From: the human T2T-CHM13v2.0 reference genome, Homo sapiens
NCBI RefSeq assembly: GCF_009914755.1
Contig: NC_060927.1
Length of the DNA stretch: 64,000 nt
Reading direction: 5' to 3' (one strand)
Both the position numbers and the translations under genes were made by a program. This document shows positions 29,099 through 42,120 of this stretch, in pieces. Position 1 is the first letter of the stretch. Every line of letters starts with the position of its first letter. The notes beneath the pieces are model-generated. The model was not told where the DNA came from. It was given only the letters and a program-made list of their open reading frames with translations, and ran no database searches.

Positions 29099-29487
29099 TG
29101 TTGTGTGCTGAATTGTGTCTCCCCTCCTCATAATTCATATGTTGCAGCTCTAACTTTCAGCAACTCAGAATGTGCCTTTATTTGGAAACAGGGTTTTGCA
29201 GACGTAATTAGTTAAGATGAGGGTATGCTGGGGTAGGGTGACCAATGTGACTGGTGTCCTTATAAAAAAGGGAAATTTGGACACAGACAAACACACAGAG
29301 AACAGTATGTGAACATGAAGGCAGAGATTGCAGTAATACATCTACAAACCACATTTCTAAGAAGAGACCAATCCTACCAAGACCTTGATTTTGAACTTGT
29401 AGCCTCCAGAGTTTTCAGACGATACATTACTGTTATGTAAGCCACTCAGTTTGTGGTACTTGGTTACAACAATCCTAGCAAATGAAC
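29099..29487 (+). mobile_element. MLT1B/C MaLR solo LTR
   Basis: tgttgtgtgctgaattgtgtc...ttatttggaaacaggg...aagccactcagtttgtggtacttggttaca. Confidence 0.85.
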
Positions 29488-29759
29488 CTTCCTCTGAACT
29501 CAAGTGGTGGTCCCTTCCCACACATAACCTTTCTGAGTAGAGACCAGTTTTTGTAGCTGCTGTTGTTTTAAAGTAAGGACTGAAACAGTTTACTGCCTCC
29601 ATCAACAATTGCATCATGTTATGCAGCCTGTATTTTCTTAAGAATGAAAATAACGTTTTCTTTATCAAAGCAAGCCAAAATGGACTATAAATTATATAGA
29701 TGTTTCTTGGCTCACAGAGAACTATAATTCATCTGGAACCAAGTAGGAATGGATCTCCA

Positions 29760-31351
29760 TATTTTTAAATTTTTATATTTTTAAATTTTGTGGGTACATA
29801 GTAGGTGTATATATATATATATGTGGGGTACATGAGATATGTTGATACAGGCATACAATGTATAATAATCACATCAGCATAAATGGAGTCTCTATCATGT
29901 TAAGCATTTATCCTTTCTTTGTGTTACAAACAATCCAATTATATATTTAGTTATTGTTCAATGTACAATAAATTATTATTGACTGTAGTTACCCCGTTGT
30001 GCTATCAAATACTAGATCCTAGTCATCCTATTTAACTATATTCTTGTATACATTAACCATCTCTACTTCCCCATCACCTCACTACCCTTCCCAGCCTCTA
30101 GTAACCATCCTTCTACTCTCCATCTCCAGGAGTTTAATTGTTTTAACGTTTAGCTCCCACAGATAAATGAGAAAATACAAAGTTTGTCTTTCTGTGCCTT
30201 GCTCATTTCACTTAACATAATGACCTCCAGTTCCATCCATGTTGCTGCAAATGACAGGATCTCATTCTTTTTTATGGCTGAATAGTACTCCACTGTGTAT
30301 ATGTACCACATTTTTAAAAATCCATTCATCTGTTGATGGGCACTTAGATTGCTTCAAATTATTGGTTGTTCTGCATAGTGCTGTAATAAACATGGGATTA
30401 CAGACAGCTCTTTGATTCACTGATTTTCTTTCTTTTGGATATATACCTAGCCATGGGATTGCTGGACCCTATGGTAGTTCTATTGTAAGTTTTCTGAGGA
30501 AACTCCAAACTGTTCTCCATAGTGGTTGTACTAATTTACATTCCCACCAACAGTGTACAAAGGTTCCCTTTTCTCCACATCATTGCCAGCATTTGTTATT
30601 GCTCATCTTTTGAATAAAACAAGTTTTAACTTGTTTTATTCAAAAGAGGTAAGATCATGTCTCATTGTGGTATTGATTTGCATTTCTCTGATGATGAATG
30701 ATATCGAGCACCTTTTCATATACCTGTTTGGCATTTGTATGTCTTCTTTTGAGAAAGTCTATTCAGATCTTTTGTCTATTTTTTAATTGGATTTTTAGAT
30801 TTTTTCCTAGGGAGTTGCTTGAGCCCCTTATTCTAGTTATTAATCCCTTGTCAGATGCATAGTTTGTAAATATTTTCTCCCATTCTGTGGATTGTCTCTT
30901 CACTCTGTTGATTGTTTCCTTTGCTATGCAGAAGCCTTTTAACTTCACGTGATCCCATTTGTCTATTTTTATTTTGGTTGCCTGTGCTTATGGAGTATTA
31001 CTCGAGAAATTTTTGCCTGGCCCAATATCCTGGAGAGTTTTCCTAATATTTTCTTTTTGTAGTTTCATACTCTGAGGTCTTAGATTTTAATTCCTTAATC
31101 TACATTGTCTTGGTTTTTGTATATGGTGAGAGATAGGGTTCTGGTTTTTACTTTTCTGCATAGGGATATCCAGTTTTCTCAGCACCATTTTATTGAAGAG
31201 AATGTCCTTTCCCCAATGTATGTTCTTGCCACACTTGTCAAAAATGAGTTCACTCTAGATGTATGAATTTGTTTTTGGGTTCTCTATTCTGTTCTGTTGG
31301 TCTATGTGTCCGTTTTTACAACAGTATCATGCTGTTTTGGTTACTATAGCT
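29760..31351 (-). mobile_element. L1MA (MA2/3-like), 5'-truncated
   Basis: Antisense L1MA 3'UTR (tgtgggtacatagtaggtgtatata...) plus an ORF2 remnant (ORF 30763-30948 [26 protein letters not shown]). Confidence 0.92.
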
Positions 31352-33745
31352 GAGTAGAGACCAATTTGAATGATCTCTGTTACTACAGCTGAATAGAGGC
31401 AAATCTGAATTGTCTCTACTGAGCCACAGTAACTTCCCATGGTCCCCAGGCCATCCCATGGTCTCCTGGCCAACTACTTTCAAAAGCACTTAAGACAAAG
31501 ATGGAAGGTAGATAGCAGGTTGGATGCTGGGCAATATATGGCCAGTCTCCCAAGTCCCAAGTGATTCTTCCCCAATACAAAGTCCTAACAATAACTTTCA
31601 CTGCCACTGCACAGAACCTAAATGTAATGGCAAAACTGCTAAAGAGCTCAGAGTCTCTCTCCATGTTCTGTGTTCCCGATAACCTGAGTGTGGTTATTCT
31701 AGCAGGCAAACAAAATAGAAACAGAGATATGTGTCACCTGAAATACCTGTGTTGGTTGGAGTTTTCTTCAAAACTCTTCTACCTGTCTTTGATACAGCAG
31801 TTCATTACAGCGAGTCTCATCCTCTACTATACAAGGTCATGATTCTCTTGCCCAAGGGACTGTCCTCCATGCTGTTCCCCAAATACAGCAAAACCTTTTC
31901 CCCATTTGATCTGCTCATTGTACAGTCTGCATCTCCCAAAGGCATTCTCTGTTGGACATTTATGGAAATCCACTTCATCTTTCAGATCCAGCTTGAGTCC
32001 AGCCTTTTACATGAAGCCTTTCCCAGTCATACAAAACCACATCTATGTCTGAATTCCTGTGAGACTTGTTGACTATGCTTTAGCCTCTGTGAAATTCTCT
32101 CCCACTTTAAATAGCAAAGTCCAATAAAAGCAATGGTAACTCATTCTATTTCAAAGGTACAACTTACAGTATATTTCAGGCTGCTGGGGATACAGTGGGT
32201 AAGCAATACAGGCTTACTTGCTAAAATAAAATGAATAATACTAATTATTTTGATGGATATCTGTCTCCAAGTTATATACATATATGTGAATAATGATTTT
32301 TAATTTTTTATTAATGAGTTTTAATTTGCACTATGTCATATAATCCTTACAGCAACCCTGAGAGATAGCTATTCTTACAATAGCATTGATGGTTTAGAAT
32401 TAGCTAAAAGGTAGTCTAAAACAGCTTCAGAGTATTAGGATTTCAGGCATATGATCCTCACAAATTGGTATTTTGTAGAAAAACTACTCAAGAAAAGAAG
32501 GAAAACTCTACTCAGAGAGGAACTTTCAGCCTTCAGAGTTGTTTTTCCCCTCTTCATCTTTCTTCTCCTTTCATTTAAATTCCTGGTTAATGAAACCCCC
32601 ACCTCACTATCATCCTTCAAACAACTATGCAGATTGCACTTTCATCACACGGTCTGTCTTAAACAGCTCTCCAAAAGAAATAAAAAGAATTCTGTGCTAT
32701 TTACTTTTTTTTTAAACGATGAAACAAATAACAAGGAGAAAGAGCCATCTAACAAACCTTCACCCTAGCAAAATGCTGAGCTGCTTGCAGCTACCAGCCA
32801 GTTTGATTAAGGTGTCATCCCTCCTCTTCATTTATATTTATTATTTTTGGAAGACTTTTTTTCCCTTTAGTGTTTGTTTATCTTTTCCAATTTTTTAAAA
32901 GTCATGAATCATAGTTTGATTTACAACCTTGCTCAGGGGAGATCGGCAACTCTAATGAAGGAGCCGTCTGCAAGTGTAATTAATACCTGCCAGACATTTT
33001 ACCACATTAGCGTGCCAGTATCCTGGGCTGGGGAAGAATGAAGCCGGGAGACACATGCACCGAGCTATGCAGCCACTCACACAGTGCATCAGCAGAGATT
33101 AGTGATATGAAGTGGGAGGGTGCAGAGGATCACCACCCCACTGGTCAAGCTCAGAAGACTGGAAGAACAGGCAGGTGAGAGGAGCAGAGAGTCTGAGAGC
33201 CTGGTGAGGAAGATGAGCAAGGTGCATGGAGGGGGGATGTGGAGACAGAGACACTGCATGTGGCTGATGGATCACTCCCATTTAGAACACAAAAATAAGG
33301 CAGCTTGCCAGAGCAGTTTGGGCCAGTTTCATTAAAACTCTTCATTCATCATACTGAAATGAGGCAGTATTTGTTATTGCACGGGTGCCGTTCTAGCACG
33401 AAAGCTATTCCAATACTAAGCAGTAATTCAAGAAAGGCAGAGTAGCAGGTGGGAAAGGAGACTGAAGAAAGGAAGACCAGCATGCATTGGTGTTTGCCCC
33501 ATTCTCTCCCTCAGCCCTGCACCCAGCAGTACATAGGCATGTGGAAAAGGCCCAGAACCTCCATCATGGTGAAGAGCCAGGAACCCACATTCCACTCTAA
33601 AGCCACTCCCATGGGACAAAATAATCAGAATGATCATCATCTGGCTTCTCAGTAGGGAAGTTACGGAGGAGCAGCTGCATTTTCATATGTTGCCTTAATG
33701 TGCTCATGGAAGAATAAGTTTTCATAAATGTACAAAAATAATTAT

Positions 33746-33747
<2 letters not shown>

Positions 33748-33786
<39 letters not shown>

Positions 33787-33787
33787 C
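33748..33787. repeat. (TG)n microsatellite
   Basis: About 17 perfect TG units. Confidence 0.97.
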
Positions 33788-34869
33788 AGAAAGGTGTTCC
33801 TGCCCATCCTTAAGGTGAAATACAACTATGAAAATGGTTAAAATGATAGCACCCTAAAATTTCCCCAGTTATTTTTGTCTTCTTCATCATAAAACTCTTT
33901 TGTTTGCTTTTAAATACCTTAATGGGGAAGAGAAAAGACAGAATTAGATTACAATGTAAAAGGTCTGCACTAATAATTGGGTCTAACACTGGTACCGATA
34001 CTTCCTTATACCCGATTACACAGACGAAGAGAAAAGAAAAAAATAGCTACACAAGAAAGGCCTGACCATTGTTTCTCATGCATCAGTTGCTGCGTCCCTG
34101 GCCATGCTACGCCAGTCTTTTCTTGGTACAATACTCACCCTGAGATATTTCTGACAGTCAGATTATGAAAGCTTATGTAGTAATGTTGTAGGTGTTATAA
34201 AATGAACAAACTCGCCCACAGCTGTAAAGACATGACTGGCAGTGATGTTCCAAGATGAGGAGTGAACTGCATATATCAAACTTGTCTCCAGCCTTTTGAT
34301 CGATTCTTTGTTTGCTGCCTGATGATGCCAAGACTGCATCTGGAGCCAAAGCTTCGGTAGTAGCTAACGGATAGCATGCATTGTTAAATTACACACAGAA
34401 CTGCTGTGGAGGATTGCGACTATAGTAGTTTATTTTCCAGGATTGAGGTTGGCATCTGAATAACACAGAATCCATTTTTCAGCTTGGAATACTGACCAGA
34501 AATATGGCATCTCATATGTGATATGAAGAATTATTTAAATTGTGTTCTAATTTTGTTCCTTAACATTAATTCATCTCTCATTTATTTACTTATTCAGCAG
34601 CAAGAGTGTTTCTAATGACTGTAGGGCAAGTTGTAGGCAAGGGAGATGCAGAGATGAATAAGATACAATTTCCCTGCCAAAGGTGTGCATTTGAGTTATG
34701 TTTACAAATAAGATATCCATAATAAGTGACATTAGAATGATAAAAGGATTCTATGAAGGAGACTAAGTGCTGACAAAATATATTCTCACAGACACACAAA
34801 TATACACAGTCTGTCAGCTTATGGGTGTTGCAACTATGAATTTGGCTTTAAATACTAACATCAAGAATA

Positions 34870-35182
34870 CAATAGTCTGACCTCATCCATGGGGGATACT
34901 TTGTAAGACCCCCCAGTGGATGCTTAAAACCATTGATAGCAGCAACCCTTACATCCACTACGTTTTCTCCTACGCATACCTATCTATGATAAAGTTTAAT
35001 TTATAAATCAGGCACAGTAAGAAATTAACAACGATAACTAATAATAAAGTAGAACAATTATAACAACATGCTGCAATAAAAGTTATGTGAATGTAGCCTT
35101 TCTCTCCAAAATATCTTATTGTACTGTATTGCAGGTAACTGAAACCATAGAAAGCAAAACTGTGGAAAAGGGGACTCTACTG
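34870..35182 (-). mobile_element. MER44A (Tigger-derived MITE)
   Basis: TIR-like ends caatagtc...atccatgggggatac and ...gtggaaaaggggactctactg, with TA on both sides. Confidence 0.85.
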
Positions 35183-36219
35183 TACTGCATATTATTTTCA
35201 ACATTAAATTAAAAAAAACCTCCACTGAAAACACAATCTCACTTTAGCCCTGCATTTGACTTTTTTGCTGTTTGACCTTTTCAAACCCTGAAGTCCAACT
35301 ATCTTACATGAGACTCACCTAAGCTTCCTACCTCCTTTCTGTTCTCTAGGATAAAGCTGTTGATGAATGGCCAAAAAAGGACAAGTTAAGGGGAAAAATT
35401 GGAACCAAAGAGCCCAGGTAATTATTAGACTGAATAATTGCCTTCTGCAAAAATGAGTGTTGATTGTACATATAAATTACTAGTTAACAAAAAATATTAA
35501 TATGTAGGTCCAGAATGAAAATTATAACATTCAAAATAGGTAATTTGGTGAGATGGAAATATGCCCTATAAGTCAAATGTTAAAAAGCAAGGTTATCATT
35601 CATTTGATGTCAACTGATTAATTATAAACTCACTGTAGCCTAGAATAGCTCACTAATAGGAAAGCAGTGGCTCCATCATTTTCCTTATCACTGTCAAAAA
35701 ATAACTAAATTACCATAAAAGAGTGGCGCCTCCATGTGAGGTCTTCCTGGCCCATTATCAAGCTGCCCAACAAAATATATCTACTTGTCCTGCTAGACAT
35801 AACCTCAACCATTTTTTATTTATTGTGGTTGGGGAGGGTAGAGATGGTATAAATAAATCTATAGAAAAAAACCCAAGCCTTACATTAGCTAATGGTTTAA
35901 CCTTCTTAGAATTTCCACTGCTGTCTTTAGAGATGTGGATTTTCTATATATCTGAAAAAGTAAACCAAAGAAAAATATATTAAGCTTCCTTTCTTGTCAT
36001 GCATAAGTAGCTTCCAAGGAAATAGCTAATGCTCAATGAAATGGACAAGAGACACAGTAAGCAAGGTAGGATAGGGCTTAGAGAAACATGCTGAGTTAGC
36101 ACATTTCAAATTATTAAATTAGATTGCCTTTTGGAGGAATCTATCTGCTACCTTACATGAATTAAAGATTGACTAGTTATAGGACGTAGAAGATAAAAGA
36201 GAACTAACATAGTATGCTT

Positions 36220-36410
36220 TCAGCCTCTGTGATATGCCAGGAACTATGGACATGCTACCTCATTGATTCTTTTATGACATATTTTAAAAGGTAGGTATAT
36301 TCCATTTAATAGGCAAGAAAATTGAGGCTTAGAAAGTTTTAGTAATTTAATCAAATTTTTGCAGCTAATAAATGATGAAGTTAAAATGAAACCTCTGTCT
36401 TACCTACTCC
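36220..36410 (-). mobile_element. MIR
   Basis: ccatttaataggcaagaaaattgaggcttagaaag core. Confidence 0.7.
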
Positions 36411-36537
36411 ACTCCACAGTTTTCCTCCCTAGAACACATTATTTTAACATTTTAACTGTTTGCCTATATTGGAAGCAGCAGGGAACACTGAAGACACCTG
36501 TACAGCCCTGAAGAACAACTCAGTTTATACACTGGGT

Positions 36538-36538
<1 letters not shown>

Positions 36539-36570
<32 letters not shown>
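36539..36570. repeat. (CA)16 microsatellite
   Basis: Perfect CA run. Confidence 0.97.
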
Positions 36571-36572
<2 letters not shown>

Positions 36573-36844
36573 TTCACATAAACATGCTCCATCAAAATGC
36601 AAGCTGCATAGTCAAAAACACAATGGATTGATTTACTATCAATAGAGATGTGTCAGACTTGCTTTAGAAAATCCTTGTTAAGGGGGATTTTTCATCTCAT
36701 TTTGGGCCACTTTTATTTTGACTGGCAATCTTATCTCAGCACTTTGGAGTTATTTCTCAATTCAGTACGCTTTACATCATTCTGCAGCGAACAATGAAGA
36801 CCCATCTTTTAAATAAGATGAACAGCAGTATTTCATGTTACCAT

Positions 36845-37010
36845 AGGTTCAAATCTCAGTGCTGCTACCTTTTATCTCAGTGACCTTGAAAAAGTTACTG
36901 AAACTCTATGTCCCAATTTCCTCATTCATAAAATAAGAATAATATTAACATGCTTACCATGAATGGTTAATACACGTAAAATACTTAAAAGGGTGCCTGG
37001 TGCCCATTTA
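36845..37010 (+). mobile_element. MIR
   Basis: ggttcaaatctcag...gtgaccttgaaaaagttact...aatttcctcattcataaaat. Confidence 0.72.
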
Positions 37011-37695
37011 CTGTGATATAATATTTTGCCTTTATTATACTGATAACATAGATAAAGCATATAGCCCGGGGCCTAGAACTGAACAGGGGCTTAACAGTTC
37101 CTATTTTCCTTTCCTCATATGAAAACACATAGTCACTTTCCTTCAGAAAAAAACTGTAGCTGAATTAAGTTCATTCACTGTTCAATGTCCTTTTATTTCT
37201 TCCACTCCTCTAACTCTCCAGTATCCCTACCTTAGATTTTTACTACTCTTGGGAAACACGTATAGTGTTATTTACATATGCCCTCACATATCCCGAGAGT
37301 CTAATTACTGCCATTCATGGGCTAACCCTGGAACTCTGATGGGTTCATTTTATGATAAAAATAAGAAAATATATCAGTATAAACCCCTGCTTAAATTTCA
37401 CTGAGTCTGAATTACAGTAAAAAATAAAAAGAAGAAGAAAAAGGTAAAATGACAATCGCTGAGCTGGGAATTATCTTAAATCTTATCCTCTCCCTTTGGC
37501 ATCTGATGTTTAATAATTATGTGATGGAACAGAACAGACTAGGCTCTGTTTAAATATTTACATTCTAAGAATTTTTTAAATGATGAACATCATTTAAATA
37601 TATTTCTTTATTTTGAGCTGAAAATGTCCTCTCTTCCATTCATTGGCCCTGGATTTGCCTTCCATGGAAATAGCACCCACGGTTGTTTCTGGTAT

Positions 37696-38034
37696 TTGTA
37701 GTAGATGCTGTGGTGATTCTCTAGACCCTCACCTGTAGGAGAAGAACATTCACTCCCCCACTACTGAGTCTCTCACTGAGATATCAATTGAGTCTTCCTT
37801 CAAAGTCACAACCTTTCTGGGACAGCCTTTGCCTAATGACAGGTCTGTGCGGGGCCATAAAGTCCTGGCCCCTAGCCCCATGAGTCCTCTGTTATAAGTA
37901 AATTGTGGATCAGCAACTCTCTCTGCCCAATCATGCCGCCTTCACTCTCCCACAGGTGTTAAACTCAATATCACTTTGAATGAACTTTGGTCTTTGTCTC
38001 AGAGTACGCTTCCTATGGAACTTAATGAGTAATA
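37696..38034 (+). mobile_element. LTR16-family ERVL solo LTR
   Basis: ctctgcccaatc...cacaggtgtt...tgtctcagagtacgcttcct resembles the LTR16 3' end. Confidence 0.6.
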
Positions 38035-38445
38035 GTGTATCTACCACTTTAAGTTTAAATTGCACTATTTCCAAGACCTAATACGTTACTCATTTGGTTT
38101 TTCACTTATTTATCTGTTCATTCATTCATCCATTTAGTCATTCATTTCTTCATTCAACAAAAGGATTTTGAATAAGGTTAGCATATATGTATATGGTAAC
38201 ATGCTGAGTACCACAGGGACAGAGAATGTCCTTTCCCAACCCTTATCCTGATACAGCTTACTGTCTACCAGGTAGGATTGGGTAAGTATAACAGTACACC
38301 AACCATAATACTAGGGAGAAAATAGTGCCAAGACAGAGAGAGAGAGAGAGAGACAGAGAAAGAGAGAAAGAAAGAGAGAAGCAAGCAAATTAAATTCAAT
38401 AAATAAATAAAACCAAAACAAATTACCATCGAACATCATCACAGG

Positions 38446-38809
38446 TGATATGGTTTAGCTGTGTCCCTACCCAAATCTCATCCTGAGTTGTAGCTCCCAT
38501 AATCCCTACGTGTTGTGGGAGGGACATGGCAGAAGATAACTGAATCATGGAGGCGGGTTTTTCCCATGCTGTTCTTGTGATAGTGAGTAAGTCTCATGAG
38601 ATCTGATTATTTTATAAAGGGCAGATCCCCTGCACACACTTTCTTGCCTGCCACCATGTAAGATGTGCCTTTGCTCCTCTTTCGCCTTCTGCTATGACTG
38701 CGAGGCCTGCCCAGCCATGTGGAAGTGCGAGTCCATTAAACCTTTTTTTCTATATAAATGACCCAGTCTCAGGTATTTCTTTGTAGCAGTATGAAAATGG
38801 ACCGATACA
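38446..38809 (+). mobile_element. THE1 solo LTR (THE1C/D-like)
   Basis: tgatatggtttagctgtgtccctacccaaatctc...aaaatggaccgataca. Confidence 0.92.
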
Positions 38810-39970
38810 AGAAGGATGTATGTACTCACATGAGTGTGATAACTTCTTAAAGATATAACTTTCTATTGAATCTTTTCTACTAAATCCTATTATTTAGAGT
38901 AGTGTTTTTTCCTGCACCCATGCCATTACTTTCCTCCCCACCTGCAGCTCTTTATGGATACCTTTTCTGTATACAACCTTAGACCCTTATCTACCTTCCT
39001 AGGCCCTTACGATTTTCAAGTGTTTCAAATTTGATTTTATGCCTGAAGGATATTGACACCTTTCTTTCCCTTAAGCTTCCTACTAATCCACTTTCTCCCT
39101 TTGGTACTTCTTTCTATATCATCTGAAGTTTGAAGAGAAATGATATCTCTAATGAAAATCCCATGAGGGAGAAGGTGATAACAAGTCAAGCCTTAAATCT
39201 CTGCTCATATCTGCCAGAAAGTTGTAGTAAAATATTGTAGTCTTTCATTGACAGAAGAGTTTAAGATTAAAATCCAATGCTCATAAAATATACCAATTTT
39301 AGTAAAACCAACTAACATGACACTAAGTTATATCTGTTGAAAAAAATTCATTAATGCAATGAGTTAGAAGTATAAATTTTAAAATGAATAAATGAATAAA
39401 ACTAATTCAATAGTCCACTCTAAACAGATTTTAAAGTATGATTAGCAGCATTACAGTTAAAATATAATGCATTTATGTTTGGGCTATAAAGTATTACGTG
39501 TAAATCATAGATGTCGATCAGGCAAATGTCATCTATGTCCACTGAGCACAAGATCCCAGGTTTTTTCCTTGATAGCAAGAGAATCTAAAAAAGAAAAGTG
39601 TCTAGAAAATGTCCACTGGCAATAATTTTACAAATCCCCCCCCCCCAAAAAATAAACTTGCAAATTCCACTGAACTGGTCACATAAGAAATATAAACATC
39701 TGCATAAACCTTTTAAAAGTATAGGTTATATGTTTTTCCTTTTGTTAGATTTTTCTTGGTAAATAAAAATAAAAAGTTTCTAACATTTGACTGAGACGCA
39801 GTCATCTTTGTTCTAGTCAATGATGAATCACAGGTATCTAGAACTGTGCCAGGTACCAAGTAGGCACTTGAATTTTGTGGAATGAATGAATAAATTCCAT
39901 CTTGACATCTGTAGGCATATCCTCTGTCACTTTAAATATATTACTCAACAGAGTAGTATATTTGAAGTAT

Positions 39971-40966
39971 ATCCTTAGTCATTTATTCAATATTTAACAA
40001 ATATCTACTGAGTCATGACTTAATGAAAGGTGGTATCTTGGATGTTAAATTCAGGTTTCACTCAAGGGGAGAAAGGTATTCCTAGTTAAGTATAATATCC
40101 ATTAACACAATTTGAAACTGGAAGGTAACACTTTAAATCTACTACTCAAAGTTCAAAATCATTAAACTTTTCTCCTGATTATTCCTACACAAGCCATTTT
40201 ATTTTTTCCTCATATTCTCTGTGGCAATGCTGCTTCCCTGGGATTTTCCTTATGCTTTCTAATTAGGCGTCCAATTGGGTGTCTGAAAACAATCTGAAGT
40301 AGGTAACATGCATTTTAAATTACTTTTATCTCAAAGGAGACAATATTTTAACATTCCATTATTACATTATCATCTTGATTATTGAAGTGGCTGTTGTAAT
40401 AGAGTTGTTTTATATTTTATTTGACCAAATCCAAATTAAAGAAACACAAAGACATAAAATGATGAGATATCCTTAAGGGATAGGGGAGAAAAGATGAAGT
40501 AGAGAATAAAATATAATAAAGTACATATTCTTAAATTAATTAAATAATTTGATACCTATTATTATTCTTGCCACACGAAATAATGGAATTAACTGGATAA
40601 TAGTGAAGATTCCACTGCAAAAAAAAATTCTACTTAAAATTTTGGGTTCATAAGACTAGAGGTAGGTTTTCTTTCTAACAATAATTCTTATTCTGAAATA
40701 TCAACAACATATGCAATGTAAACCAGTATAAATTTTAATTTTTTTATGGAAAAAAAATTTATTTTTGAATGTGGCCTCTGATTTCATATCTGCACTGTTT
40801 TCTTCTTGCTACCTTCCAGTTTCAAATTGTGTTAATGGATATTACACTTAATTAGGAATACCTTTCTCCCCTTGAGTGAAATCTGAATTTAACATCCAAG
40901 ATATCACCTTTCATTAAGTCATGACTCAGTAGATATTTGTTAAATATTGAATAAATGACTAAGGAT
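39971..40966. repeat. 157-bp inverted repeat pair, arms 39971-40127 and 40810-40966
   Basis: Arms are reverse complements with 4 mismatches and no gaps; spacer is 682 bp. Confidence 0.97.
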
Positions 40967-41179
40967 CAAGTGCATTGAATTATAACATTAAATATGGGTG
41001 GGTTACTACAAAAGGAATAAAAGATATTTTAGTTGATGTAATCAAAATTATAGTACTAAAATAAAGAACATGCATTTGTAACAGTTTGTATGTCTCTCAT
41101 ATTTCATACCATAGTTTAATAGTTACACTCTAGTAGTAAATACTAAGCTATTTTTACTCCTACTTACATATAGCTGTGT

Positions 41180-41550
41180 CTTCTATGTGTTTGCACATGC
41201 AGTTTGCCTGGAATGTCCTTCCCATCTCACCCCCGGCATCTGGCTGCAATTTCTGGTCCTCCTTCAGATCTCAAGTTAGAAGTCACACCTTGAAAAGACT
41301 TAGTAGACACACCCACCCTTTTAGGAGGTTTTCCGATAAGGCATCATACTACCCTACTCATATCCCTACAAAAAGACTTGAACGACATAAGGAAATAAAC
41401 TTTAATTATATGTCTTTCTCTTTCCCTTAAGATTGTGAGTTCCTTGAAAGAAGAATCTGTGTCTTGTGCACCATTGTTCTTCCTTACCTGTAACAGAAAC
41501 CCTGGCACCAGGTAGGCAAGTCTTTGATAAATATTTCTGGATTGATTAAG
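41180..41550 (+). mobile_element. L2 3' fragment
   Basis: tttgcacatgcagtttgcctggaatgtcctt...cctggcaccaggtaggc...taaatatttctggattgatt. Confidence 0.65.
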
Positions 41551-41769
41551 TTGTATTTATTCATTAAATGTATGCCAATTTCCTTTGTTTTTGCTACTAT
41601 CCTAGCATTGCATGTTACTTCCATGAAGCTGATCTATGAAAGCAAAATATTAACATCTTATGGCAGGTAATTTTTGCCTTGATAGCCTGTGATGAGTTAC
41701 TGACTGCTTGTTAGAAATGTCACTGCCTTGTTCCTGTTAGGCTTACAGCTGACATGTTGAAAAATTTAT

Positions 41770-42120
41770 TCAATGTATAAAAAAGCTCTACAAAGATATT
41801 CATTGTATCACTGTTTATAATTGGGAATTGTTTGGATAGTCGAATGAGCTGTGTTACATCCAAACTATGAAACATTATGCAACAATTACGAAGAAGAAGG
41901 TAGATCTATGTCTTATAAAATAAATTGATATTCTACTTAAAAAAAAGCAAATGGCTAAAAGATACTTTCAGTACAATACCATATTTAAAAACTGCAGTGT
42001 ACTTTCTGTGGTTACCATAGAGGTATAGTTATAACAGAGGCATATGGACATATGGAAAATAACCATAGAACTCATATTAAACTCACTTATGTGATCAGTG
42101 GCTACATCTAGAAAGGTAGA
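41770..42120 (+). mobile_element. Old L1ME 3' fragment
   Basis: caaagatattcattgtatcactgtttataa...tacatccaaactatgaaacattatgcaac. Confidence 0.55.
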
